Shown piece after piece: positions 9,552 to 17,617 of a stretch of 64,000 bases of DNA. The stretch's first letter is position 1; the number at the start of each line of letters is the position of its first letter. Below the pieces are notes generated by a model. It was not told where the DNA came from. It made no database searches and saw nothing but the letters and a program-made list of their open reading frames with translations. The DNA is from a virus. Its lineage: Duplodnaviria > Heunggongvirae > Uroviricota > Caudoviricetes. The stretch spans positions 18,004 to 82,003 of IMG/VR virus record IMGVR_UViG_3300009008_000004; one strand, 5' to 3'. Made by a program: the position numbers and the translations under genes.

Positions 9552-10579
9552 TCTGGAAATTTGGGATGAAAGGGTGTCACGAACTACAGGAGATACTTGG
9601 GCAGTGCGGGTTTGCAGTTGGTGCTATCGATGGGATCTTCGGTCGTATGACCGAAGCCGCGGTATTGGCATTCCAGGCTAAGCATGGATTGCAGCAAGAT
9701 GGGGTAGTGGGGCCCCGGACAATTGACATGATGGATATGATGTTGAAGCACTCCGAGAGCTACATGGAGACCCCGGAAATCGATACCTTCCATGAAGCAA
9801 TTGGGTTGCCGGCGTTGCTCCCGCAAAACAACTTGGACCGACGGATATCCGACGCCATCAAATTGATGCAAACCTGCGATGATGGACAGGGGTGTAGATA
9901 CGGTGGGTGGATTGATGCCTACCAATTTGGCAAGGACAAGTTCAAGAACGGCGACGAGTTCCCGATCCCTAAGGTCGGAAGGATTATCCCCAACGCAGGA
10001 GTTGTGAAGCCTGCGCATGGGGGAACATGCAGCCCTTGGGCAGGACTGTTCTTGGGGTGGTACTTGTGTGTGAACCAGGACTTCAACTTCCGCATTGGTA
10101 GGAATGCAAGGTGGATGGCTACATGGCCCCACGACAAAGTGTACAAGGGAACTACGATCCCCGGGTACGGCGACTATTGCGAGGTCAATGGAAAGTTGCG
10201 GTTGGAGCACCACCCATTGAACAAGCTGTATGGAGATTGGGAGTGGCTCAACAAGATCAACATCATTGAGATGGACCACCACATTGTCCTTGTATTGAAG
10301 GTTGGTGGTGAGGACGGTCTGCACCTCGAGGATCCCTACAATGAGGGAGTACCGATGAAAAGCGGGTTGTGGAGACTTGGGGCAGATGGCTACTACCCGA
10401 AAGTCAATGGGAAGAAGTATTACAGTGGGACAAAGCAGACGCTCAAGCGCATTAATGCGACAATGCGGTGTAGCCAGAAATGGGATTTTTACCGGGTTAC
10501 AGACATGAATGAAGAGACTTGTAACCCCGATGCAGGACCTTGGGCCGGTCGTACCCCGCGAAAATTGGTCTTGGAGTAG
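9548..10579 (+). CDS. cell-wall hydrolase: N-terminal peptidoglycan-binding domain + CHAP/NlpC-like Cys-His peptidase
   Basis: LGQCGFAVGAIDGIFGRMTEAAVLAFQAKHGLQQDGVVGPRT = PG_binding_1 signature; later GGTCSPWAGLFLGWY (Cys) and EMDHHIVLV (His). Confidence 0.65.
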   Translation: MIWKFGMKGCHELQEILGQCGFAVGAIDGIFGRMTEAAVLAFQAKHGLQQDGVVGPRTIDMMDMMLKHSESYMETPEIDTFHEAIGLPALLPQNNLDRRISDAIKLMQTCDDGQGCRYGGWIDAYQFGKDKFKNGDEFPIPKVGRIIPNAGVVKPAHGGTCSPWAGLFLGWYLCVNQDFNFRIGRNARWMATWPHDKVYKGTTIPGYGDYCEVNGKLRLEHHPLNKLYGDWEWLNKINIIEMDHHIVLVLKVGGEDGLHLEDPYNEGVPMKSGLWRLGADGYYPKVNGKKYYSGTKQTLKRINATMRCSQKWDFYRVTDMNEETCNPDAGPWAGRTPRKLVLE

Positions 10580-10585
10580 GATACT

Positions 10586-11218
10586 ATGGGCTACGTCAAA
10601 CGTAAGCAGTTCTTTGGTCCCGAGAACCGCGCTTCTCTCATTGTTTTCAGGGAGAAAGACGATTATCCCGCGCTCGTTTCCAATGGTCAATGGGCCGTAG
10701 TTGGTCCACGCTCGTTAAGTATTATCCCTTCTATCCTAAATCTGTGGTTGAAGAGTGTGCAGGTGCGAATAGAAAAAGGGGATATTCGATTAGGCGATAT
10801 GACTAAGCCACACTTCACCAAAGTGATCCGCGAATTGATGAGAGGTGAAGCGGAATGCATGCATAACTGGGACGGTGATGTTTATGAAGCATGCTTCCAA
10901 CCGGAACCGAGACAGAGGGAGTTGGTCTACGAAAGATTGTTGAAACTGGATGAAACCGCGACTTTGATTCGTCGACCACTACTAAGTACGAGTGGGGCCA
11001 AGCTCGGGAAAGATGGTACCCCCGTTGCCTATGCATGGGAGGTTACCTACCCCCGACCGACAACGTTTTGGTTGTACTCAGAGTATGTGGGCTTGCTTGC
11101 CCAACACGGAGGATTCATGCTCGAGTATGCGCCGGACACCAGGGCCGCGCTTGTAAAAGACAAGAAGAATAGCCTTATAGGTGCTATTGCCCCATACCAT
11201 CCCCGCGGAGAAGCATAG
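10586..11218 (+). CDS. hypothetical protein
   Basis: 210-aa ORF. Confidence 0.5.
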   Translation: MGYVKRKQFFGPENRASLIVFREKDDYPALVSNGQWAVVGPRSLSIIPSILNLWLKSVQVRIEKGDIRLGDMTKPHFTKVIRELMRGEAECMHNWDGDVYEACFQPEPRQRELVYERLLKLDETATLIRRPLLSTSGAKLGKDGTPVAYAWEVTYPRPTTFWLYSEYVGLLAQHGGFMLEYAPDTRAALVKDKKNSLIGAIAPYHPRGEA

Positions 11219-11233
11219 AGCCTACCTTTACGA

Positions 11234-11250
11234 ATATCTAATCGAGATAT
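11234..11250. promoter_or_regulatory. quasi-palindromic operator-like site ATATCTAATCGAGATAT
   Basis: same 17-mer as 34304-34320 in inverse orientation; overlaps TCGAGA -35-like hexamer. Confidence 0.45.
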
Positions 11251-11263
11251 TTCGACCAATCCG

Positions 11264-11271
11264 GGTATAAG
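11264..11271 (+). promoter_or_regulatory. GGTATAAG box
   Basis: 18 bp after TCGAGA hexamer. Confidence 0.4.
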
Positions 11272-11280
11272 GGTTTCGAA

Positions 11281-11313
11281 AGTAGCTAGAGTACCCGTAG
11301 GGTACTCGTAGCT
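11281..11313 (+). promoter_or_regulatory. 33-nt imperfect palindrome / 5' UTR hairpin (AGTACCC-gta-GGGTACT core)
   Basis: inserted between promoter box and conserved leader ataaccaaacggagga. Confidence 0.4.
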
Positions 11314-11336
11314 AAATAACCAAACGGAGGATCTCT

Positions 11337-11621
11337 ATGCCCACACCCAAGACACTGTTAGCAATACTATTTGGCATTGTGGTTATGGCCGGGTTTGTAT
11401 TCGGCCTGACCCTCATGAACATCGACAAAACACCCTCGGCAGCAATTGCAGAGGACACGCCCCCCGCGAATCAGATAGGCGTGGCCAACACCTTCTGCAT
11501 GGAAGACGTAGTCTGTGTGTACTACACACACGCCAGCGGAGTTGGGCTCGTCTGTGATTTTATGGGGGAGAGCTCACTATCCCGGAAATGCGCTCATGCA
11601 AAAAAAGTGGAAGTGGAGTGA
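11337..11621 (+). CDS. small membrane protein
   Basis: LLAILFGIVVMAGFVFGLTLM TM helix; leader ataaccaaacggagga identical to gene 3375 leader. Confidence 0.5.
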   Translation: MPTPKTLLAILFGIVVMAGFVFGLTLMNIDKTPSAAIAEDTPPANQIGVANTFCMEDVVCVYYTHASGVGLVCDFMGESSLSRKCAHAKKVEVE

Positions 11622-11851
11622 CTGGTGAAACCTGGGGGCACCGGATGAGGAGCAAGCCACTCTTCGGGGCACCGGTCTTGGTAGAACCACCGGACAGCCC
11701 TACCAAACCCACGGAGACATTGTAATGCGTAAAACACTAACCTCTATGTTTGATGAGTATCCAGGACCCGCGACGGAAATGGGTGCCTGCGAGGAAAGTT
11801 AGGATGTGATGGGAGGGGTCCTTCGGGGCCCCTCCCGGGAAGGTAACCTTT

Positions 11852-12475
11852 ATGAGCTCAAAGAGATTAGCAAAGCTCACCAAAAACAAAAAGCCGCAGG
11901 AAGAGCAGGCACCCCCACTCTATAGTGGCTCGGGACCCCCACCCTATAGTGACTCGGGAGCACGCTATTTCCTCTACCACTCTTATGGGGGATGGACAGG
12001 AAAAATTGGTGTCGATGGCGGAACCTATGGTTCGCTAGAGTTCGGCAAAGCCTGGGTACTTAGCTTCGACGGTCCAAGAGACAAATATATCCTCCGCGCT
12101 ATGGAACACATGGATAACAGTAAACACTACACACTAACCCTTTGGGCAATTTGGAACTACGACCCATATACCCGAAAATTCGTGTGTGATCATACAGACT
12201 ACAAAAAAGTCTTAGGTCTCCAGGAAGAAACCGTAGGGCTCGATGAGGGCGGTACTACGGATATCCATACTGCGAGTAAGGAGCAGCTCCGGGAAGAACT
12301 CAGCCGGCTACGGCAAGGTATTCTTCTTAGAGATTCCCACCGATACGTAACCGACGTCGGACTTTACGATAAAAGCGAGATGATCGCACACTGCGCATTC
12401 TGCGATCGTGAGCAAGGACAGGAGTGTAGAAAGCACTGCCCCACTAAAACCCACCCCGCCCACAACGAAAAGTGA
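11852..12475 (+). CDS. hypothetical protein, paralog A (SKRLAKLTK N-terminus, C-terminal Cys cluster)
   Basis: N-terminal SKRLAKLTKNKK and C-terminal HCAFC...C...HC; paralogous to next gene. Confidence 0.5.
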   Translation: MSSKRLAKLTKNKKPQEEQAPPLYSGSGPPPYSDSGARYFLYHSYGGWTGKIGVDGGTYGSLEFGKAWVLSFDGPRDKYILRAMEHMDNSKHYTLTLWAIWNYDPYTRKFVCDHTDYKKVLGLQEETVGLDEGGTTDIHTASKEQLREELSRLRQGILLRDSHRYVTDVGLYDKSEMIAHCAFCDREQGQECRKHCPTKTHPAHNEK

Positions 12476-12485
12476 GGTACTGCCT

Positions 12486-12992
12486 ATGGGCTCAAAAAGA
12501 CTCGCCAAACTTACAGAAAAAAAGAGGGAGGAGCTCCTCTCCCCGTCCCCGGATACCACATTCTCCCTCTTCTACAAAGGATCGGGGTGGGCATACAAAG
12601 TTGATAGTGTCGGCGGAACCTACAGCGAACCAACCTTCGCAAACCGGCTTATCTTCGAGCACACTCAGGCTGCGCCGATCCAGAGGGCTTTTAGGGAAAT
12701 ACAAACCCATGCGCCGGACCTAGCGAAAAACCTCTGCCTGTACGCCATTCAAAAGGGAAAGGAGACGTCGGCCACGCTTGTTTGTACAGCAGCAGATGAG
12801 ATGTTTGTCGTCGGCCAGCACCCCGAGATTAGACGCCTCCGACGAGCACTTGCAGCACGGGATAAAGACCGCTGGTTCTTTGACAGCTCTGGTATCATTC
12901 GCTGTAGTTACTGCCGGCTACCTGAGATGGACGGTTGTGATATTACCTGCCCTACAAGGGCGTACCCCATTATTTCGAAGGAGAACACCTAA
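12486..12992 (+). CDS. hypothetical protein, paralog B
   Basis: MGSKRLAKLTEKK...; C-terminal CSYC...C...C; tandem duplicate of 11852-12475. Confidence 0.5.
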   Translation: MGSKRLAKLTEKKREELLSPSPDTTFSLFYKGSGWAYKVDSVGGTYSEPTFANRLIFEHTQAAPIQRAFREIQTHAPDLAKNLCLYAIQKGKETSATLVCTAADEMFVVGQHPEIRRLRRALAARDKDRWFFDSSGIIRCSYCRLPEMDGCDITCPTRAYPIISKENT

Positions 12993-13357
12993 TGGATTAC
13001 CGACACTCTTTCTGCCTGTGTACTGGGTGGGATGTGGAAACCAATGAAGACGGGCGATGCCTCAAATGTGGGGCAACAGCGGTTGGAGAGGAGATAGAAG
13101 AGCTGGCCCACCAACGCCGCAAGCGGAAGTTGGAGGTTGGGCAGCTGAGACAACAACTGCTGACGAAGGATGATGAGATACTCCGCCGGGATCGGTGGAT
13201 CGACTTGGCAATAGCCTCTGTCGTCGTAAAGGCTGCGTCGGGCGAACACGCAAACCGCCTGCTCAAGACGTTCGCTAAGGAGAGTGGTCATGCCCCGCGA
13301 GCAGCAGACGAGGCAGCAGTAAAGGAGGGGAAGTATGCCAAACGTAAAATGTCCTGA
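12992..13357 (+). CDS. Zn-ribbon/coiled-coil protein
   Basis: CLC...CLKCG then helical region; ATGA-type junction. Confidence 0.45.
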   Translation: MDYRHSFCLCTGWDVETNEDGRCLKCGATAVGEEIEELAHQRRKRKLEVGQLRQQLLTKDDEILRRDRWIDLAIASVVVKAASGEHANRLLKTFAKESGHAPRAADEAAVKEGKYAKRKMS

Positions 13358-13700
13358 GTGCGGGAGCCCCGGAAAGGTAATCCCTATCGGGGCGGACGAT
13401 ACTGTCCAGGGCAATGGTACCTGGGAAATAACCCGATTTAGCTGCGGGCGGCAGGAAGCACGAGATGCCGAAGGGAAGCTATCCCACGACTCGCCTATGA
13501 TGAGGATCCAGCGAGGGTATGGTTGGCTGCAGGAATGTCGGGAGCGGAAGGCCATGATAACCGCCCGCGCCCTCCAAATCGTCTGCGGGGAACACAGTAT
13601 TTGCACCGGGGAAGATAGCGGGCTACTCTTAAAGGGATTGCTCAAGCAAGCTCAACAGGAGTTAGCCAATGCGAATGGGTGGACTATTGAAGACGACTAA
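13335..13700 (+). CDS. Zn-ribbon protein
   Basis: KCPECGSPG...FSCGRQ. Confidence 0.45.
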   Translation: MPNVKCPECGSPGKVIPIGADDTVQGNGTWEITRFSCGRQEARDAEGKLSHDSPMMRIQRGYGWLQECRERKAMITARALQIVCGEHSICTGEDSGLLLKGLLKQAQQELANANGWTIEDD

Positions 13701-13878
13701 CTGGCCTGGCTACGAGCCACACACAGAAACGAACACGCAGTGGGCATGGCGAGTTAGCAAGGATACAGCCGCCAAGCTCACCATCGGTACTATCTGCTTC
13801 ACAGTACTCGCTGCACTCTACACCTGCGATGCTGCGAAAGTTGTGCACCGACAAATCAAGAACCGCCTCCGCGGGTAA
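13669..13878 (+). CDS. small membrane protein
   Basis: LTIGTICFTVLAALYT hydrophobic helix; start uncertain. Confidence 0.35.
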   Translation: MRMGGLLKTTNWPGYEPHTETNTQWAWRVSKDTAAKLTIGTICFTVLAALYTCDAAKVVHRQIKNRLRG

Positions 13879-13899
13879 GAAGGGAACAGCCCTTCTTTA
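13879..13899 (+). terminator. rho-independent terminator (GAAGGG-aaca-GCCCTTC + TTT)
   Basis: hairpin directly after stop at 13878. Confidence 0.5.
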
Positions 13900-13921
13900 C
13901 ACCCAACCACCCCGGTTTTCA

Positions 13922-13929
13922 GGTATAAG
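13922..13929 (+). promoter_or_regulatory. GGTATAAG box
   Basis: 30 nt upstream of ATG 13960. Confidence 0.35.
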
Positions 13930-13959
13930 GCCAACAGAAGCAGCCTATGGAGGACGAAG

Positions 13960-14376
13960 ATGAAATGGGGGGACCGAGAAGAACTGAGGAACAGGAAGTA
14001 TAACCGACAAGATGGACAGCTGATTGAGGAGAAGTGGTTGGCTGAGAACCGAAGGACCCGCGTCGCCGGCTATATGTGGACTGCGATGACTCTCCTGCTC
14101 CTCTGTGGCGTCTTCATGCTGTTGCAGGCGGAAAATAAGTTACTGGCCGAAGTAGAGGGCATCGAGACCGTGGAAGTCTATAAGGACCGCGTTGTGCAAG
14201 CAACATGCCCCGCGTGCCCCAAACAAACAACCATTGTAGGCGGAGACCTTGATCTTCCAGCCGGTACTATGTTGTTCCTCAAGGACGGGGAATGCCGGAC
14301 TGTCAATGACAACAAACAGACGGTCACGCTGCCCACTACTGTATGCCAAGCAGCGTTGAGAGGACTAGCTGAATGA
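13960..14376 (+). CDS. membrane-anchored protein
   Basis: MTLLLLCGVFMLLQA TM helix after basic N-terminus. Confidence 0.5.
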   Translation: MKWGDREELRNRKYNRQDGQLIEEKWLAENRRTRVAGYMWTAMTLLLLCGVFMLLQAENKLLAEVEGIETVEVYKDRVVQATCPACPKQTTIVGGDLDLPAGTMLFLKDGECRTVNDNKQTVTLPTTVCQAALRGLAE

Positions 14377-14684
14377 GGGAATTCAAAGATTGGACCCACG
14401 AGGAACTGAGTGTCTTTATCATGGGGGCAGCATACGCCGACAGTACGTTAGAGCAAGTACTCGACATCCTAGTAGGCAAGGGGATGCTGGATCTCAAAAC
14501 GCACCAACTTGTCATGGACGCAACCGGGTTCACAAAACAGGGGCTGCGCATGCTATGTCAGGAGAGGGGCTATGACATCGAGGAGAACCTCGAAGCTATC
14601 CTGCGCATAGGCAGTGACGCGAAGCGAAGAATTTCAGCGCTCGGACAAGCGACCGAGGAAGCAAAGGAGGCGGAAAAACATTGA
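14373..14684 (+). CDS. hypothetical protein
   Basis: ATGA overlap. Confidence 0.45.
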   Translation: MREFKDWTHEELSVFIMGAAYADSTLEQVLDILVGKGMLDLKTHQLVMDATGFTKQGLRMLCQERGYDIEENLEAILRIGSDAKRRISALGQATEEAKEAEKH

Positions 14685-15025
14685 GCGATACGGAAAATAA
14701 GACCGCCCCCGACGATGAGGTGGAGGTCACAGAGCACGATATGGAGATGATCCTTGTCGGGAGCTCCCTTGCCATCTCTCTCGTTGAGATGCAATTGGAC
14801 ACCATGGCCAAGCATGGTATGCCCGACGTCATCCACGACTTGTTTTCCCAACTTACCCTGATACCCAAGGAAAGTATGTACACCCTCGCCAAGCACTGTG
14901 GTTACGGCTCCCACCTGGTTAACGATGCGCAGGCGATGTCCACCCAACTCAAGGACCTGATTATTGAGCTCAACAAAGCAATGAAGGAATGGATGGAGCT
15001 CCAGGACAAAGAGAACCTAACGTAA
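14681..15025 (+). CDS. hypothetical acidic protein
   Basis: 114-aa ORF. Confidence 0.45.
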   Translation: MSDTENKTAPDDEVEVTEHDMEMILVGSSLAISLVEMQLDTMAKHGMPDVIHDLFSQLTLIPKESMYTLAKHCGYGSHLVNDAQAMSTQLKDLIIELNKAMKEWMELQDKENLT

Positions 15026-15053
15026 TTATCCCATTGCGATATTTGGAGGAAAT

Positions 15054-15413
15054 ATGAGGATCGAAGAAGTATGTACGCTGGTAACTGCTGCCTACGAGGA
15101 CGCCGCAAACCGTATACGGGAAAGTAACCAATCCCTGCGGGAAGACCTACTCGGAGACGGTGTTTATCAACAGTCATATGCCCACCGGAACGCAGAAGAG
15201 ATTGGCCTCGTCACCGTCGTCATGGAGGCTGTCGCCGAGTATAAGGCGTACGTCTACTACAACGGAAAACTGCTGTATATCGTCCAGTCCCCCCGAGACA
15301 GCTTCTGGTCTGCAGTGCGCAGCCGCAGCCTCCCAATCAAAGAGGGGAAATTTACCCACGCGGAATGGGAGGAGATGGAACCCTTTGGCGATCACCTCGA
15401 AGAGGCCGAGTAA
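15054..15413 (+). CDS. hypothetical protein
   Basis: RBS GGAGGA upstream. Confidence 0.45.
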   Translation: MRIEEVCTLVTAAYEDAANRIRESNQSLREDLLGDGVYQQSYAHRNAEEIGLVTVVMEAVAEYKAYVYYNGKLLYIVQSPRDSFWSAVRSRSLPIKEGKFTHAEWEEMEPFGDHLEEAE

Positions 15414-15892
15414 TGTGGTTACAGCCGGAAGAACTACAAGAACACGCAGCTATAGCGACCAAGGACGCTATAACGGCTTTCAGCAAAGAGTACGCTCCCG
15501 GTGATGTGACCATGTTAGCGGGAGCACTCCACATCGCGTCGTTCGCCATCCACTGGCCAAGTACAACGTGCGGATATGGTGGGCTTGGGGGCGCAGCTTT
15601 CTGCTGGGCACCCTGCACCGTTGTCTATGACAAGTACCTTGGTAAGATGCGGGTCTACCACAAGCGAGGATTCGCCTATGAGTTGGCAGACCCCAACTCA
15701 GCATTCTTTGCCTTGCTCGGAATTGGGGTAGGACACCCACCAGGACTACAGGACCTTGAAAGGGCTCGCTCCCTATGCCGAGAAATTACAGATTACGATA
15801 GAACCAACTACATTCCGCGACGCCAGCGTGAAGCGCAGGAAGCGGCAGAACACGCTCGTGTAGACGAAATCATAGGAGAGAACAATGAATGA
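15413..15892 (+). CDS. hypothetical protein
   Basis: TAATG junction start MWLQPEEL. Confidence 0.45.
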   Translation: MWLQPEELQEHAAIATKDAITAFSKEYAPGDVTMLAGALHIASFAIHWPSTTCGYGGLGGAAFCWAPCTVVYDKYLGKMRVYHKRGFAYELADPNSAFFALLGIGVGHPPGLQDLERARSLCREITDYDRTNYIPRRQREAQEAAEHARVDEIIGENNE

Positions 15893-16289
15893 CATGTCAG
15901 TAACCTGCGACACCGCAAAAGTCTTGGACATCCTCAAGGAGAACCGGGAGACCCACCGCAAAATGGTACATGAAGCCCGCAAGGGATTCGTAGAAGAAGC
16001 CCACAAGATGCTGAAAGACTCCCTCAAAAAGCTAAAGGCAGGTAAGCTCAGGAGACTCAGCCTCTCCCTGCAGCCACCTGAGGACCATACCACCGAGTAC
16101 GACACAGCCATCACCATGCTGGAGCTGCATACCAAAGAGAACATCGTGCTGACTGCGGGTGACGTCAGGCGCTACATCGAAGACGAGTGGTCCTGGACCC
16201 GCGGCTTCCTCCTCTCCAATCGCCGGTTCTCAGGAACTGCAGCGGCAATGGCGGTTACCAAGTACGGGCACGAAGACGAAGGCTGGTAG
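15885..16289 (+). CDS. hypothetical protein
   Basis: 134-aa ORF. Confidence 0.45.
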   Translation: MNDMSVTCDTAKVLDILKENRETHRKMVHEARKGFVEEAHKMLKDSLKKLKAGKLRRLSLSLQPPEDHTTEYDTAITMLELHTKENIVLTAGDVRRYIEDEWSWTRGFLLSNRRFSGTAAAMAVTKYGHEDEGW

Positions 16290-16290
16290 G

Positions 16291-16710
16291 ATGTCCGCAG
16301 AGCCGAATATCAGCCAAAGAAAGGCCGATGACCTGTGGGAGATTGCAAAGGGGCTCTACAAGGGAGAATTGTACCACTCGCAGGGTATGGATGGGGATAC
16401 CATGGCAATGGTCTTCCTTCCCATCGGCCTTGGGGCCCTCAAGGACTTCACCGAAGAGGAGGTAAAAGATATTGGCCTGGTCTACGCCCCAATGAAGAGT
16501 CGCTGCAGTACCATGGGCATCGACGGCCACCCCATCTTTAGTACAGCGATCTTGGTACACCGCAAGGACATTCCGCTGCTCAACAAAATGGTCCAGAAGT
16601 TAGAGAAGATGGAGCACATGCGCTTCGAGGATATTCTCAAGGAGGAGAAATACCGGAGGAAGCTTAATGAAATACCGGAGGTGGAAGAAGATACGGAACC
16701 TCCGGGATAA
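16291..16710 (+). CDS. hypothetical protein
   Basis: ATG at 16291 just after upstream stop (MSAEPNISQ...). Confidence 0.45.
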   Translation: MSAEPNISQRKADDLWEIAKGLYKGELYHSQGMDGDTMAMVFLPIGLGALKDFTEEEVKDIGLVYAPMKSRCSTMGIDGHPIFSTAILVHRKDIPLLNKMVQKLEKMEHMRFEDILKEEKYRRKLNEIPEVEEDTEPPG

Positions 16711-16741
16711 GGAGGAGCCTCTACCAAAAGCAACCATACCC

Positions 16742-17044
16742 ATGGCCCAGAAAAAGGGATCGATGTCTGCCGCAGCGATCACTCTGCTGCTCCACAAGAT
16801 AACTGCTAAAAGAAGGGTTGACGTAGTTGGCGCTACAGGGAATGTCTATACCCTACTTAATGTTCGCGACCGCACAGAGGCAGCAGTGATCGCATCTAAC
16901 CATGAGTGCGAGCATGAGAAATGTTGTGTATGGCCCGCGTTTAGTGAGTACGGGACAGTTAAGTCCCACGCCATCGCCTCTTGCCAAATAGCTGACATAC
17001 TCCCAGACATGCCGCCAGAACCACCTATACCCGGAGGAGGCTAA
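16742..17044 (+). CDS. hypothetical protein
   Basis: in-frame ATG after upstream stop; Cys/His-containing. Confidence 0.35.
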   Translation: MAQKKGSMSAAAITLLLHKITAKRRVDVVGATGNVYTLLNVRDRTEAAVIASNHECEHEKCCVWPAFSEYGTVKSHAIASCQIADILPDMPPEPPIPGGG

Positions 17045-17045
17045 T

Positions 17046-17570
17046 ATGCCAAAAGAATACACGGCGCTCCTCCAGATACCGGAGCCTTTACACACATGCC
17101 CCAATTGTGGGGCCCACCCCTTCGAGAGCTTCATGCGCGGATCAGTCCAACGCGCAAAGAGGAGTTGGTTTACCCCCTGGAAGGAGAGACCTTACTGCTC
17201 GATTATCTGCGATATGTGCAAGGAAATAGTGGGGCATGAGTACCCCTTTCTGGGGGAGATAGAGCTAGAAAAGCCCTACCGATATAACAGGGATGTCATC
17301 GCTCCTAAGTACACCTGCGAGGGAGCGCAGCAGAACGTGCTGGCCAGCCTGCAGCAAATAGAGGAGCAGGTAGATGCGCTCGCGGAGTTTATTATGCCCA
17401 AAGAACCCAAAGTAACCGAGTTCCCGGAAAGTGAGGAGCTCGAACAATTTCTGCGAGGAGAAGAAGAGCCTCCCCCGCCGAAACCACCCAAGAAGAAGTC
17501 GAACGTGAAGAGAAGGACCCGTAAGTCCCGCCGGTGGGAACAGATCCTCAAGAAACCACAAGAGGACTAA
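17046..17570 (+). CDS. Zn-ribbon protein with Lys/Arg-rich C-terminus
   Basis: CPNCGAHP...CDMCKE; C-terminal PPPKPPKKKSNVKRRTRKSRR. Confidence 0.5.
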   Translation: MPKEYTALLQIPEPLHTCPNCGAHPFESFMRGSVQRAKRSWFTPWKERPYCSIICDMCKEIVGHEYPFLGEIELEKPYRYNRDVIAPKYTCEGAQQNVLASLQQIEEQVDALAEFIMPKEPKVTEFPESEELEQFLRGEEEPPPPKPPKKKSNVKRRTRKSRRWEQILKKPQED

Positions 17571-17585
17571 TCGCATCCGATACCG

Positions 17586-17593
17586 GGTATAAG
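17586..17593 (+). promoter_or_regulatory. GGTATAAG box
   Basis: 32 nt upstream of ATG 17618. Confidence 0.4.
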
Positions 17594-17617
17594 ACCTCCG
17601 TACGAAGGGAGTTACAT

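Noticed and set aside
9584-10690. 368-aa minus-strand ORF
   Set aside because: Lies antisense to the PG-binding/CHAP lysin gene, which has clear domain signatures. Its composition is low-complexity (P/L/V/S-rich), typical of a shadow ORF in GC-rich DNA.
11622-11851. tRNA gene in non-coding gap
   Set aside because: No acceptor stem plus GTTCRANYC T-loop pattern could be found by eye.
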